DNA from: Octopus vulgaris
Taxonomy: Eukaryota
Reading direction: 5' to 3'
DNA length: 64,000 bases
Assembly: GCA_951406725.2 (NCBI GenBank)
Contig: OX597818.1
Location: forward strand, 8,246,001-8,310,000
Shown: positions 25,535 through 39,575 of the stretch, piece by piece
Layout: every line of letters begins with the position of its first letter
Position numbering within the stretch: position 1 is the stretch's first letter
The notes under the pieces: model-generated
Database searches by the model: none
Seen by the model: the letters and a program-made list of their open reading frames with translations, nothing else
What the model was told of the DNA's origin: nothing
Translations under genes and position numbers: made by a program

Positions 25535-26242
25535 CGAACCCAGGTCCAATTTGAGTGATTATTGGCCCACTGAAGAAGTTTTTCCATATTTGCTTTAGAA
25601 CCCCATGGCTTCTTCCTGGCTTTACAGCCTTTCAGACAGTACTCTACAAGCCTTCTTCTAACAGTTCTTGTTGATATTTGTGAAGTAATTGCCTCGTTGA
25701 AGCCCGCACGGAGCTCCGACGATGTTTTTTCTCCTGCTTCTGAGCGGCTGATGGATGATTAATCTGTCATCACGAGGTGATGTAACCTTTTTTCTACCTG
25801 TTCCTTATGTAGTCTTCACATGTTTTGTCTCTCTGAAGCGCTTGAGAGTCGTTTGCACTGCACATCGCGAACATTTCATCTTCTGAGCAGTTTGATTTAG
25901 AGATAATGAGATACAATTTGATTTCGCTCATACTCACTCAACTCCCTTGTTTTAGGCATTTTACTGTTTATTAACTCCATCTACAACGAATTTTATCATA
26001 AATCTCTGAAATAATCAAGGAAACATAATTTAAGTTTGGACGTTGGTCTTTCTCATAATTGGTTACATATTCACAGTACAGTATAAAAGCGGTAACTGAT
26101 GCTTAAGGAGGGTCAACCAGATATCACAACTATTGTATATTCTGAAATATGCCACAATTTACCATGTGCATGAGTTTCATTAACATTGAGATAGCAGAAC
26201 CCCAAAAACAATGGGGTGGCCAAATACTTTTGGCCAAGGTTG

Positions 26243-26243
<1 letters not shown>
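25535..26243 (-). mobile_element. Tc1-family DNA transposon, 5' fragment (one TIR + transposase N-terminus)
   Basis: TIR-like TACAACCTTGGCCAAAAGTATTTGGCCACC next to (TA)n; translation MPKTRELSEYERNQIV..GRKKVTSPRDDRLI..STRTVRRRL..ARKKP..WA..H.NWT with stops and frameshifts. Confidence 0.8.
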
Positions 26244-26297
<54 letters not shown>

Positions 26298-27111
26298 TAG
26301 CTATTAACGACAGAGGCATTTGTAAAGAATGTTAATTAGCATATTCAATTCACCTGAATATGTTGCGGTAACGCCTTGGAATGCAGAAGACATCTATAGT
26401 TATCATTTCCTGTAGAGGACAAATGTTAAAAAGCACAGGGAACGTCTGTTATCGATATTTCTTCAGAACTGGCTGATGATAATGTTGCATCACTGTATTA
26501 CGCATTTCACTGTGTTTCACTGTATTGCGCATCGTCGTAAACAGTCCGCCAAATATTTGATGCTAAGTCGATGAAAATTGTTTCGGGGTAAAATGATATT
26601 GCTGTCACGAAAAGCTGATGGGTTGTACATATGCATAGATGCATGTATACATGGATAAATACATACATACATGCATACATACATGTGTGTCAGTGTGTGT
26701 GTATGTGTGTGTGTATCAGTGTGTGTATGAGTGTGTGTGTGTGTTTGAAAGCAAAACAAGTGTCAATAAATAATTAGTATCGTAGGCGAATTTCTTCATA
26801 AGTTTTCTGTAGATAAAAATTATCATGTTAACAAATATTTAATCTGATACGAAAATCTGTCACCACTCCGATTTGTAAATCCGCAGTCCAGCTACGAACT
26901 TAAGATGGTATGTTGTTACGGAGCGCTATAGAAAATGTACACAGTTAGTGGATATTATACGCTCTTCGAAGGTTTATAAATGTCTTAGTTACATACTGGA
27001 GGGTAATATTTCCATAGTTAAGCCGTATTACTCGATCAATCCATGCTCACTCTGTCTCTGTTTGTCTGTCTGTCTGTCTCTCTCTCTCTTCCACTTTCTT
27101 TCTTTCTCTCG

Positions 27112-27161
<50 letters not shown>

Positions 27162-27461
27162 CAGTGAATGTTTTTGTACATGCTAACCATGAGACGTAAC
27201 AATTAATAATTTTATTTGTACCAAAATGTACTGTAATGAAGAAATGGTTAATGAATGTTTTTCAATCCGGTAGCTCATAAACAGCCATTGATGTTATGAA
27301 AGCTGGTGGGTCGTACACATACATGCCTGCAATCATTTCTCCCACAAATCCATATTTGCCTCTTAGAAAGGAAAGGAACTATTTGACCATTTATTCCAAC
27401 GTATCCACAAATACAGAGTGTTGATGGTCTCTTTGATATTTTCCAGACATCTCTTTTACTC

Positions 27462-27671
27462 ATTTACTTATTCAGTCATTTGACTGTGGCCATACTGGAG
27501 CACCACCTTTAGTCGAACAAATTGACCCAAGGACTTTTTCTTTGTAAGCCCAGTACTAATTCTATAAGTCACTTTTGCCGAAACGCTAACTTACGGGGAC
27601 GGAAACATACCAGCATCGGTTGTCAAGCGATGTTGGGGGGGACAAACACGGACACACAAACATATACACAC

Positions 27672-27715
<44 letters not shown>

Positions 27716-27860
27716 GCATATATACGACGGGCTTCTTTCAGTTTCCGTCTACCAAATCCATTCACAAGGCTTTGGTCGGCCCGAGGCTACAGTAGAAGAC
27801 ACTTGCCCAAGTTGCCATGTGGTTCGTAAGCAAGCTACTTACCACATAGCCACTCCTGCT
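27462..27860 (-). mobile_element. tRNA-derived SINE, second family (octopus OR/OK-like), with internal microsatellite
   Basis: GCAGGAGTGGCTATGTGGTAAGTAGCTTGCTTAC head, CTTGGGCAAGTGTCTTCTACT core, GGTGCTCCAGTATGGCCACAGTCAAATGACTGAA tail. Confidence 0.85.
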
Positions 27861-29012
27861 CACTAAAGTTTAATATGATGCTAAAAACAATAGCAAGAAA
27901 AAAAATAAAGTTGTTACATCTGCCTTTGTTACTGCCCCAAATAAAACTACTAGATAAACGTTCTCTCATTTTTCACTGTACAATTAAAATATATCAAGTA
28001 TTCTTTTTACATGTAACCGAAATTAAAGTACAATTGATTAAACCATAACAACTGAAATATGAACCTTATCATTTATGTTACATTTGTTGTTGTGAAACCA
28101 AGATTTAGCTTTTCTCAAGCCTACAGAAGATTGCTGCAATGAGCATCTAGAATTTTTTATATTTGCACTTACATTTTATCTAAGATCGGGGAGATTTGGT
28201 CCATTCTAGATAAGTCCCCCGTAAACGTCGATTCGTTGAATTACAAAACATAAGCTGTCTCCAAGTCTATTCAATCCTCTACAATTAAGTAGGGGTGTAA
28301 TAACTATTGCAAAAATAAATTATGAAAGATCAAGATACGGAATGCATGTTGTAATTTTGCACAAAAGTGAGCACTTATGTAAAATAGAACAATTAGTTAA
28401 GGAGATTATATTTAGATATAAGATAGTAAATCGAATCAACTAATACTAAGTATACAGAGGATATTTCAGTTCGTACAAAATAAAATCAAATAAAAAATAT
28501 AACACTATCATCTGAGCGTAGTTGCGCGCGCATATTTGCTTTTAGATAGCTTTATATCGTGTACTGTTTCGTGATAGTAAAATCGACGGAAAAGTAGACG
28601 CACATAAATGCAAATATATATACATGAATACATGTGAGCATGTACGTATGAGTTTGTGTGTGTGTTTGTATGTGTATGCGTGTGTAAGTGTGTATGTGTG
28701 TGTGAGATTGTTTGTGTGTGTACATATACATATAGATTTAAAGAAGAAACAAGATAAGTCAACGGTGTGTGATCGTTAAGAATTTGTGAATACTATTGAA
28801 TGGATATTTATAAGTATGTTGTCATCTTAAAGTTTATTTAACCCAAGTGTAACATAAACCAAGTAAGGAAACGTTTTATTGCTAACTGTGATGGGATATG
28901 TGAATCTGCTTCTTGTAAACTAAAATAGAAATGATGAATGGCACAGATTCAATAAAAAAAGTGAAGAGGAATGGACGAATTTGAAACAAAGTTTGCATGG
29001 TATATAGAGAAG

Positions 29013-29051
<39 letters not shown>

Positions 29052-30197
29052 AAATTTGAGTATGGATATGTCTTTATAATTGGTGAATTAAAAAGGATTC
29101 GCTTTCCTTACATTGAACGACTGTAAATAATTGAAGTTATTAAATCAAAATGATCAAGAAAAATAGTAAAACAAGTGTTAAAACAGAATGGAGGAGGAAG
29201 TTTAAGAGTGGGGAGCATGTGAGTGAGTTGCTGGGAATGAGTTTAGTAGAATACAATTTGGGAGAGAATAAAGGAATGGCAGAATGTGAAAAAGGAAGAT
29301 GAAATAGACAAATTAAATGAACTATAGTAGATACACAATTACATTGGTTTGCCGAATCTCGTACACCATTTATTTTGATTTTATTTCTATCAGCCAACAT
29401 ACGAAAGACAAAGCAGCATCTTTGTGGCGCCATGCACGATACCTAAAATGCTGCTGGGTTCTGTAATTGACTGTAAATCGGCAACAAATGAAAGAAAAGC
29501 GGCAAAAGCAACACCGGTGATTGTAAGAAGTGCATTATCAACGACAGCAACAACAAAGCCCAAGATGATAGTGGCAGAAATGGCGAGCCCCTAGTGAATG
29601 AAGAGATAAAATTGCAGTGACGGGGATAATGGAAAAGAACGGAAGGCAGTGACGTGTCAGTATAGATTCATTAGTATAGTCGCAGGAGACTAGGTATTAT
29701 GATGGTGTAAGAGAGTGAGAGAAACAGAGATAATGATTGAAAATATAGGTATGTATATATGTATGTATGTAAGAAAACGTAAGTACATGTATATTTCAAA
29801 AATTGACTAGAAAAGGTTACTGATGATAATTATTGACTAGAAAATTATAGATATATTTGCAAACAACCATACACTCACACTTCAAATATACAAACATATA
29901 CAAACATATGCACGCACACGTATATATGACATATATGCATTTTGTTATCTGTCATGAGAGGTGGTGATATAAATGTCTCATTCAAGCGTGTGGAACTTTT
30001 CCTGCTCTTCGAGTTCTGAGAGAAAGGTCCGCGACGTCTTTTAGGCTAAACTCGAGTTTTCTTACCTTTGTCTTGTACATTTATAAAGACGTGCAGACGT
30101 AGAAAGCGAAACGATTTAACACCGGTAAAATGCAGATTGAGCAGATAATTCCCGATATAGGAAAAAGAAAGTTTATAATAATCAAAGAGGCCATAAA

Positions 30198-30415
30198 TAT
30201 TGGTTTCAAATTGTGACACAACGCCATGGATTTTTAGTGAAGGGGTAAGGTCTATTACGTCGACCCCAGTGCTAATATGAAACTTATTTTATCGGCCTCG
30301 AGGATGAAACGCTAAGTCGTCATTGGTGGAATGTCAACGCAGAACGTACAGACGGACTAAATGTTGCTAAGCATTTTGATCGGAGTTGAAACGATTCTGC
30401 GAGCTCACCGCCTTA
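30198..30415 (-). mobile_element. Meta-core SINE, degenerate B-type monomer
   Basis: AAGGCGGTGAGCTCGCAGAATCGTT head and decayed core and tail on the - strand. Confidence 0.7.
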
Positions 30416-31199
30416 AGGAAGGTCATAAAAATTGGTACATATGTGACACAATCACAGAAGGCATATTTTACAGTTACCATTGTTTGTTTGATGCTGGCAT
30501 TGTTTGTAGGTCAGCGTGATAAACTACGCTATGCATACATGTTGATGTTAAAATTTAGGTCTACAGGCAATAATTTAACTATTACAAGAAATAAGATGTA
30601 ATATATAACTGAGGCAATTCAATCAGACACAGAAATGTTTTAGGAAATGTACTGACATTAATTCGTGTTTGAATGTAAGAAACAAAGTATCGAAAGTGGC
30701 AAATCACAATCTACAAAGAATTTTCCTTGTAATCTGTACCGAGTGTTATCAGTTGAGAAAGAAATAAAACGCTACTCGAGTAAATAACATATACGGTATG
30801 AATTCATAACAAATTTCTTTAGGAAAATTCGAATGGAGCCTAAATACATATACAAATTGTTTTATGAGTGTGACATATTTCGGCTTTGTTCGCTCCCCAG
30901 ATCGGAGATTAGACATTAGTAGTGCAGCCACGTGGTATTTTAAGACTATATATTGGATGATATATAATTGCGCTGATAAATTGTGTAGGTGATGTGTAGA
31001 GGGGCATTCACAATGATGTGTTATGTACAGTTGACCCAAACATCTATAGTATCAGTACTATCATGTACGAAAGGTAAAACTTATACAACACACACACACA
31101 CATACACACATACGCTCACACACACAAACACACACACCAAAAAAAAACACACACACAGGCAAACGTACATTTACACACATCCACACATCCACACGATTT

Positions 31200-31335
31200 C
31201 CTCATATTCTTTTCACTTGAAGAGCGTAGGCTCGAAACGTAATAGACATTCTCTTTCTCGAGCGTGAAACTAATACACCTGTTTCTTGTTCATACATCTG
31301 TCTTCATTTCTTGTTTTTCTGTGAATTTCAACTAT
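31200..31335 (+). repeat. Short Penelope-type terminal repeat with decayed hammerhead-like motif
   Basis: ..TTGAA-GAGC-GTAG-GCTC-GAAAC-GTA: stem II, GAAA and GUA are present but the CUGA box is degenerate. Confidence 0.45.
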
Positions 31336-31345
31336 ATATATGTGC

Positions 31346-31410
<65 letters not shown>

Positions 31411-31446
31411 CGTGTGCGTGTACAGATGGATGCATGTATATACTAT

Positions 31447-31660
31447 ATTGGCTTCAAATTTTGGCACAAGCCAGCAGTTTCGTGAGACAGAATACGTCCA
31501 TTATATCGATTCCAGTAGAATACTGGTACTTATTTCGTCGACTTCGGAAGGATAAAAGGCAAAGTCGACCTCCACATATATTGAACTCAGAATGAAAAAC
31601 GGATGTAATGCCGCTAAAAATTTTCCACGTTACACTAACGACTTTGCCAGCTTACCAGCT
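31447..31660 (-). mobile_element. Meta-core SINE, degenerate B-type monomer
   Basis: AAGCTGGCAAAGTCGTTAG head; GGTCGACTTTGCCTTTTATCCTTCCG core. Confidence 0.7.
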
Positions 31661-31719
31661 TAATTTATCTGTCTATGTATATTGACAAAACAACTAATTC
31701 CATTGTCTTTATTTTCTGT

Positions 31720-32917
31720 TGTGTAATTATCCAAATTATTTCCGACATCTCTGTAGAATTCTGAAAAATTTGGACACATTAAATAAATTGGCTTTAAATG
31801 CAGTGCATTAGGTATACCAACCCCAGAGCGATTGCCTGTTGTCATTTTTGTGCCAGAAGCTCAATTATACACTTATAACATTTGATTGGCTTAGAAGCAA
31901 ACTATCCGTGCATGCAATTTCAAACAATGTTGAACCTAATTCCGTACAAGAAAGGAACTACGGATTGGAAAATTTGTCTAACGATGCAAATTCCGGACTG
32001 TAAGGCCATGTGAGGCACTATTTCCAGGCCTCAAGAATAGGTTGGGGAATTCTCCTGCTGTAAGAGTGCACATTTTAGATGGATTAATTCCGAATAGCGG
32101 GCTTCCATAGCATTACATACTGGCTGTAGTTTTTGAGTATAAATAACTGGGACAATCCCGAAGTGCAACACGTACTCGAAATGCTATTAAATACCCAACA
32201 AACCGCTCTTGTTTGACAACAGATTCTGAAGCTTGTCAGGAGCGATGTTACTAATTCCTGTTATTACAATTATGAGAATAGATCTAGTTTTATCCTCAGT
32301 CACAATCTGATACAAAACATGAGTATCTCGCTGATATGCCAACAATAATTTGCAAATGTCTGTATGTCATTGGGTCTGGTCAGTTTGTCAGGAGCTTCTC
32401 AACAGCATCTCTTCAGGAGGGCGAGCTTACAGAGGTGTCGATTGACAGACCCTTGTGTATGACCGTATCCTGCCAACAATGTTTCAGTGAATGTAATTGG
32501 CTATTGGTCAAATTTTCAACAAAGACCTCATCTTTCACAATAGAAGGCATCCCTGACTTGATTTATCTTCGAGGAGGCTAGTGCCATCTTCTTTGAAATA
32601 TCTTAACCAGATTTGTAGGTTTGTAGCACACAGTCGTTGACAGTTGTGTATTCCTCGTCATTAGTCTCTTTTGCCGCTGCATTTGCACTGAGTCCTTTAT
32701 CACGCAGGTACCTTAAAATGACTTTAATTGGGCAGTTTCCACACATTATCAAAAGCTTAAGATAAAGAATAAACAATGTTGATATATGAAAATAAAGAAT
32801 AAGTAATTCAACAACCATTGGACAATATCTTGTAACAAACTAAAAGATACAGCATAAAGATACAAGCTGTCAGAGAATATTAGTGAAAAGACAAAACTTC
32901 TTTTGACTCAATCTAAT
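31720..32917 (-). mobile_element. Mariner-family transposon relic
   Basis: TIR-like TATTAGATTGAGTCAAAAGAAG; decayed HTH (YLRDKGLSANAAAKE..W.RYFKE..LEDK), IVTEDK (cf. IVTGDEKW) and PH..YSPEFASLD (cf. YSPDLAPSD). Confidence 0.7.
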
Positions 32918-33042
32918 AATTTATCGACCCCGAACTTATAAAAGTCAAAGTTGACTACGGCAGAATTAAACTGAAATCGTAAAGGCGGTTGAAGTGTTAA
33001 TATTTTGTTTAATATGCAGATAATTTTGCCAGCTTACTGCTT
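32918..33042 (-). mobile_element. Meta-core SINE, partial
   Basis: AAGCTGGCAAAATT head and CGGGGTCGATAAAT core; cut at the mariner end. Confidence 0.55.
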
Positions 33043-33053
33043 TGAAGAATAAC

Positions 33054-33095
33054 AATAAAATAATAAAGATGATGATGATGATGATGATGATGATG

Positions 33096-33126
<31 letters not shown>

Positions 33127-33130
33127 CAAC

Positions 33131-33195
<65 letters not shown>

Positions 33196-33198
33196 GAA

Positions 33199-33257
<59 letters not shown>

Positions 33258-33345
33258 AGAAGAAGAAGAAGAAGAAGAAGAAGAAGAAGAAGAAGAAGAA
33301 GAAGAAGAAGAAGAAGAAGAAGAAGAAGAAGAAGAAGAATGATAA
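33054..33345. repeat. Compound microsatellite (GAT)n(AAT)n(AAG)n
   Basis: Directly visible. Confidence 0.95.
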
Positions 33346-33349
33346 TTAT

Positions 33350-33910
33350 AAATGCCCTGATGCAGTACCAGGCAGTGGCCTTCATGGCTTCTGATCTTAA
33401 CTGATTGGAAGTGGTTTTATGTACATCGATTTGTCTTGGTATAAAAGATGGGCTACAGCAAATATTCTGCTCAATACCACAGATTTACTTGTCAGTTGTT
33501 TGACCTTATCCAGTTGAGCATGTCCCTTAGTGGCTGACGATATGTACATCTCTGATCACAAGCAGAAGTAGTGGGGGAGCATCATAGCCATGTGTTAAGA
33601 GGGATGCTTCGGGTTTTGAATAATTCACCTCTGGAGGCATGGTTGTTTCGTTCAATATCCTTAAACAACCCTTATTTAGGGACCTTTTGAGCGGGATGGG
33701 TTACTCAAACAGAAGAACATTCTAACTGGGCCCCACCTGCAAGGTCATGTGCTGTTTATCTTGATATGAGATCACCATGTCGCGCACACATGGTTGTGTT
33801 GCATGTGCTTGGTGTACCCTTATCAGACGGGTAGTCATGATGGGTATACTGGGGTTCGTATGTTTTACTCCAGTGTCACTTTGATGGCATGTACTGCTCT
33901 CTCACTCAAT
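33350..33910. mobile_element. ~560-bp non-coding, higher-GC segment embedded between microsatellite tracts; class unknown
   Basis: Sharp boundaries against (AAG/AAT)n on the left and (AAT)n at 33911-34122 on the right; no ORF, TIR or tRNA head recognised. Confidence 0.45.
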
Positions 33911-33912
33911 AC

Positions 33913-34048
<136 letters not shown>

Positions 34049-34058
34049 AATAATAATC

Positions 34059-34123
<65 letters not shown>

Positions 34124-34349
34124 GTCTTGCCATTTCCACTTACAATTCGGAGTACTTGGTAATTTTTTTTCAACCTCTTTACTCTGAACATTCATGTCAT
34201 TAATATGGCTACATCGATGTTGTGACAGTATTAGTCTCTTTTTTTCAATATGACACTATCCGGCCGGCGGTGTTCCTTTGAACAGATTCTGCGTTTGTGG
34301 GTGTCAGGTGTTTTATAGATTTTATACTTTACTGACTTGGTACCGAGAA

Positions 34350-34560
34350 GACTGTATGGAATGCGAGAGGGCAATGTAAATGTGATACAGTAGTGATCGG
34401 AGCGTTAGGCTCAATTCCATTGAAACTTCAAGACTTCTCAACGCAACTGGAAATCCCAAACAAGATTGATGTCTTCCAAAAAGCAGCCGTGTTGGACACA
34501 GCGCACACCTTAAAGGGAGTGTTATTAGTCTGAGGTCCTTGCTGTGACTTGACAGATGCT
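34350..34560 (+). pseudogene. R4/Dong-clade 3'-end remnant
   Basis: VVIGALGSIP...FQKAAVLDTAHTLKGVL-stop, homologous to the C-termini of copies A and B. Confidence 0.75.
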
Positions 34561-35541
34561 TAAAGACTCCTGTGCATTTGTATGCCTTTAATGTACAATC
34601 GCTGCATTGCGTCCACCTATATCAGACCTCATGCTTAGGAATGCGTACGCCACTTTATCTGATTATGGTGTCTGTTAATTTTTTTACATTTCCCCTTTGG
34701 TTTTAGATATCTGATTCAAGAAAGGTCTCAAAAAGGCATATATGTCAAGGGAACATATTTTGTGGGCATATTTTGGTAGTAAATACAGAAAGTGATGTTT
34801 CATTGGTTTGGTTATTGGTGAAACGAATTTCTCTATATAGTATTTCCCAAGCAATATTACCTCCTAATGTTGAGCACGGATATTTGATTGTTTTCTTTTC
34901 CTGTTGTTTTTTCTAGTGTGGTTTTATGATTTACCGGTTTAACGGGATTCATTTCAGTTATGTGTGGGTTTAGCGTATAGTGGTTTAGATTGTATTTTTC
35001 TGATGTTGGCTACATTTAGTGTGTGTTTTAGTTTTGTATGTTTATTATGCTACTATCAGGGATTTCTGTTACTCGAGGAATCTATTGATATTTTGTTAAA
35101 TGACGTTGATAAGTGAGCATTCTGTGTCATGGTGGACCACATTACACTGTCCGCTTTTGAAATTTATAAGTATCCTTTCCATCCGTTCTCGGATTGCAAG
35201 CCGTGCAATAAACATTCATTTCTCACCCATGAAGTGTCCGACCACACATTCCTTATTAGGTAGGCTTTGGTATTAGGGCATTTTAATTTGTGCCCATATT
35301 TTTGATATTTCTTTGATTCTTTAAGTTTTTTTGGGGGGGTTATTTTCGGGTTTAATGGTTTGTTAGTAAGATTTATTTTTCGACTTATGTCTAGATTAAA
35401 TATTGTGCATCCAGTAAGAATATATCTAATTTTAGTATAATTTCAAACAAAGAGTGTTCGGCGATCTTTTTCTATTATTAAATGTTCTACATGAATTTTG
35501 GCTGGAAGTATAACGTGAGTGGTCATAATAGGCGTTGCTGA

Positions 35542-35609
<68 letters not shown>

Positions 35610-35629
35610 TTGATGGTGATGATGATAAT

Positions 35630-36390
35630 CCGTACCGCATTCATGGATCTTAAAATCGGTGGATATCTTGAACATTTCTCCTGCGAATTCAAACTTCTTG
35701 AAGCACAACATGTCAATGTGGGATACGAATCAACAGTTGAACCACTCTAATGGAGTACTGACCACAACACATATTAATATCAGTTGCGGCATTTACCAAG
35801 GTGACTAACATTCATCTTTAATTTTCTGCACAGACCCTTTCAAATGAACTTAACAGAGCAGGGTATGGAAATGAATTGGCGACAAAAAAACATAAGTCAT
35901 CTATTTTACATGGATGGCTTAAAACTCTATGGCAAAGAAAATAATGAGCTTGAAGGATTACTACGCACAGTGAAAGTATTCATTGATGATATTGCGATGG
36001 AATTGGTCTTGATAAATGTGTCAACGCCTCTTTACAGAAAGGGAAGCTAAAGAACTCACATTCAGTGAAGTTGGATTTTGACGCAATCATAGAGGAACTC
36101 GAGCAGGAATAAACTTACAAGTACCTCGGAATTAAATGAAGGCTCAATGATTCAACAAGCAAGTATGAAAGTGAAAATCAGGAAGGAGTGTTACAAGGGA
36201 GTTCGATCAGTCCTAAAATCCGAATTAATGCACCTAACAATGTGTTAGCTATGAATTCCTTAGCAGCTCCGGTTGTTAGTTTCAATTTCAATGTGCTGAG
36301 CTGGAATATGAGCGAAATAAGGAAGCTTGACAGGGAAATCTGTAAGCTACTAACTTGCATATAATGCACCTTCCAAAGGCAGACGCAGAA
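35630..36390 (+). pseudogene. R4/Dong RT fragment related to copy B
   Basis: PHSWIL, CGIYQGD, ISHLFYMDGLKLYGKENNELEGLL, YKYLG, PKAD; follows a (CTA)/(GAT)n tract. Confidence 0.85.
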
Positions 36391-36628
36391 ACAATTCTTA
36401 TAATACTTGGCGCATTAGGTGTGATGAAAAATAACATTTACCTAAATATATAATCGAAACACCAGGCCTTACAATTATATTAAAACACAGAGAAAGTATA
36501 GTACACACATCCTACGAAGAACACTTTCAAAACCGTGTAAATAAGAACACCGCAACAAAACAACGCACGTATCCAAGTTACACCGGGTGCAGTAAGATCA
36601 GGTGATAAAAATAAGACTTCTGTAAGAA

Positions 36629-36680
<52 letters not shown>

Positions 36681-37189
36681 TTAATAATAATAATAATAAT
36701 AATACCGGTGTCGTTTAACATGTGAGTGCGATAAAACACAGCTCTGAAACCTATCCGAAAACATCGAGAATAAAGACACGGAGCCAAAAATAACTGACAA
36801 AGTTGTGGACTATATCCGAGTAAGTAATACTCATCGAAATCTATTTTTATTTTCAAATTGAAATTATGTATTTTAATTGTATATCATCTCCATTGCTCGG
36901 ACAGCACTTGTAAACACGGTCGCCACATTACAATCCAGTCAACACCAGACCATCTCCGTCCCTAAACACAATGCAACAAAAAAATAATACCAGTATTATT
37001 CAACTGAAGTATAATAGTCGAGGAGTACCTAATTTATATTTGCTACACACAAAGTATGAAAAACGACACGTGTAAAAAAATTTAACACCAGAAATTACGG
37101 ACCGGTACCTTACGAAAATGAAGACCGTTAAAATAAATGGCCGGACCTTATTTCTCAGGTCCTGCAAATAAAATCGAAAAAGCATAAAT

Positions 37190-38700
37190 GGATAAGTGAG
37201 GAATATATTTCATTCATACACGCTTATTTTACTTTAGTGCTCTGCCCAATGAACGAAAATACAACAATGTATAAAAGTAAAATCTTGAAGAAAAATAACC
37301 TAGATAAAGACTTGGATACAGCAATGAACCCTAATAAACTAGCTAACAAATGAAGATATATTCCCAAAAATAAAATATCAGAAATTGAAATAGAACACTT
37401 AAAAAGACAAATGCATCAGGAAAATATTGATAGTAACCACACAGCAATGCCAAATAATATCAGAAGCACTGGGACTGTACAACACGTAACAAGTCCAACA
37501 AAAACGAAGTAACAACGAAAGACAACAAACCCAGACCGTAGAAATGTATAATGATGAGCAAAATGCAGCAAACCAGAACACCACAGACAAAAATATGAAC
37601 GTGGGGGGGATTCGAAACAAATCTAAAACCCGGAAACAGTGAAGGAGAAATTAACGATTTAATATTCTTAAAATGAGCATAATCAAAGAATTGAAAACCA
37701 CAGATATTAGTATGGGCCACCGATATTACCTCCCAAAAATGAAAATTGATACTATACCAACATCAATAATAAATAGCATGAACCTGGCCGTCACAGAACT
37801 AATAGCCACAGAAAAAAAATGTCAATACGACCAGGCTAAATGTTATAATAGTTGCAGCAGCCGCTGTGGCCACGAAAGAAGTGGGGTACTCCCTCAAACA
37901 CATCCAAACAGGAGTATCACCACCCAAAAAAATCCTGTGGATAAATGATATCCAGACAAAATACACAAGAGTAAAGATCTATCAATCCATAACGAAACTA
38001 GCAATCAAAATTATTAAGTAACAAGTAGAGAACAAAAATACTACGTAAATTCAAAATTACAGAACAAGGTATACTTTAGGTAAAAGATCAGCTAAAGCAA
38101 GATATCTTCATCAAAGCACAAAGAATCCGCCGGTATGAGAAACGCCGTCGTTTCTTTGCAGAAAACAAACAGTTCAACTCCAAACACAAAAGATTCTACC
38201 AAGAACTTGCGAAAAATAAAACAGACATCAATACCCTACTAACAGCAGAAAAAGTGGAAAAATTTTGTAAAAATAATATGTTCGGCGAAGGAACTACCTG
38301 AAACATGCTGTAGCAAAATAACGGACTCAGCCCCTGAACCACTCCGGACCCCATTAATGAATGAAGAGGTCATTCAGGCACTGCAAAATCTAAGCAACTG
38401 GAAGGTACTCGGGCACGATAAGATCTCCAACTTCTGGTTAAAAATAAAGAATGACACATAAAAATCTGGCTGAGAAATTTCATGACACACTAGCAGTGCC
38501 AGAGACAATGCCTGAATGGCTTATGGAAAGGAAAACTATCTTAATTTCTAAATCCACTGAAACGATAAACGCACAAAATTACAGACTGATAAAATGTCGC
38601 CCTACAATTTTCAAAGCCTTTACTACATTAATAGCGCGGAGAATGAGCAAGCATCTGGAAGAAAAAAACCTGTTTCAAGAGGCAGAAGGAATGCAGGTAA
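37190..38700 (+). pseudogene. R4/Dong N-terminal to early-RT remnant
   Basis: NKLAN, KAQRIRRYEKR, KRFYQEL, NWKVLGHDKISNFW, PEWL, QNYRLIKC; many stops. Confidence 0.8.
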
Positions 38701-39391
38701 AATATTTATTTCTAAACATTAACAATTTTTAAGTATCTTAAACCATGCTGATGGGAAATGAAGATTAAGTTACTTTCTGCTTATTCGTTGTTCTCAGCGG
38801 TGTAGGTGGTATTTGTCATGTAACATATACCTTTTCTGCGTTATGTCATTGTTTGGTGTACTTGTCTATGTAAGTTCACGATAGCTAAGTCACATATATA
38901 AATAAATAAAGAACTATTTTGTGCAGCGGTGTATCTTCTCTGATTCATTTATAAATTTTGTGTACACTCGCAGTCATATTTCTTGCTGTTTTATTGGCTT
39001 ACTAAATATGACAATTTAGTTTTTATTCAATATTCTTTCATTGTGTTTATTACATCACTTCGAAGGTTGTTGGGTAGAAATTTTAAGATGAAATTTATCA
39101 CTGTTACTTGCAGGCACAATGACAACGTGGATATTTCCTAAGAAGTGCTGTGTGATAGGTAAGTGTACAGGTTTGATGATAATAAGGATTATAATTAAGA
39201 TGAGGATGTCAATGTCAAAAACACTGTTGTTGTTAAGGATGATGAGTATCGTTATGAAATAATGATGTAAAATAATTGAAAAGAAACATTTAATCTGGAA
39301 TATGATGATGCTGTTGCTGTTGTTGTTGCTGGTTGTGGTTTTGAAGATAGAGAAAACAACTATGGTATTATTCTTGCTATTCGTATGGGGA

Positions 39392-39393
<2 letters not shown>

Positions 39394-39481
<88 letters not shown>

Positions 39482-39575
39482 GATAATAGCAACAACAACA
39501 AAAACAACGACCTCGAAAACAACAACAACAATAATAATTGTAATAATAAGATGACGGTGATGAGGATGATGATAA
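39394..39575. repeat. (AAT)n/(AAC)n/(GAT)n microsatellite within a decayed triplet-repeat zone (~39170-39850)
   Basis: Directly visible. Confidence 0.9.
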
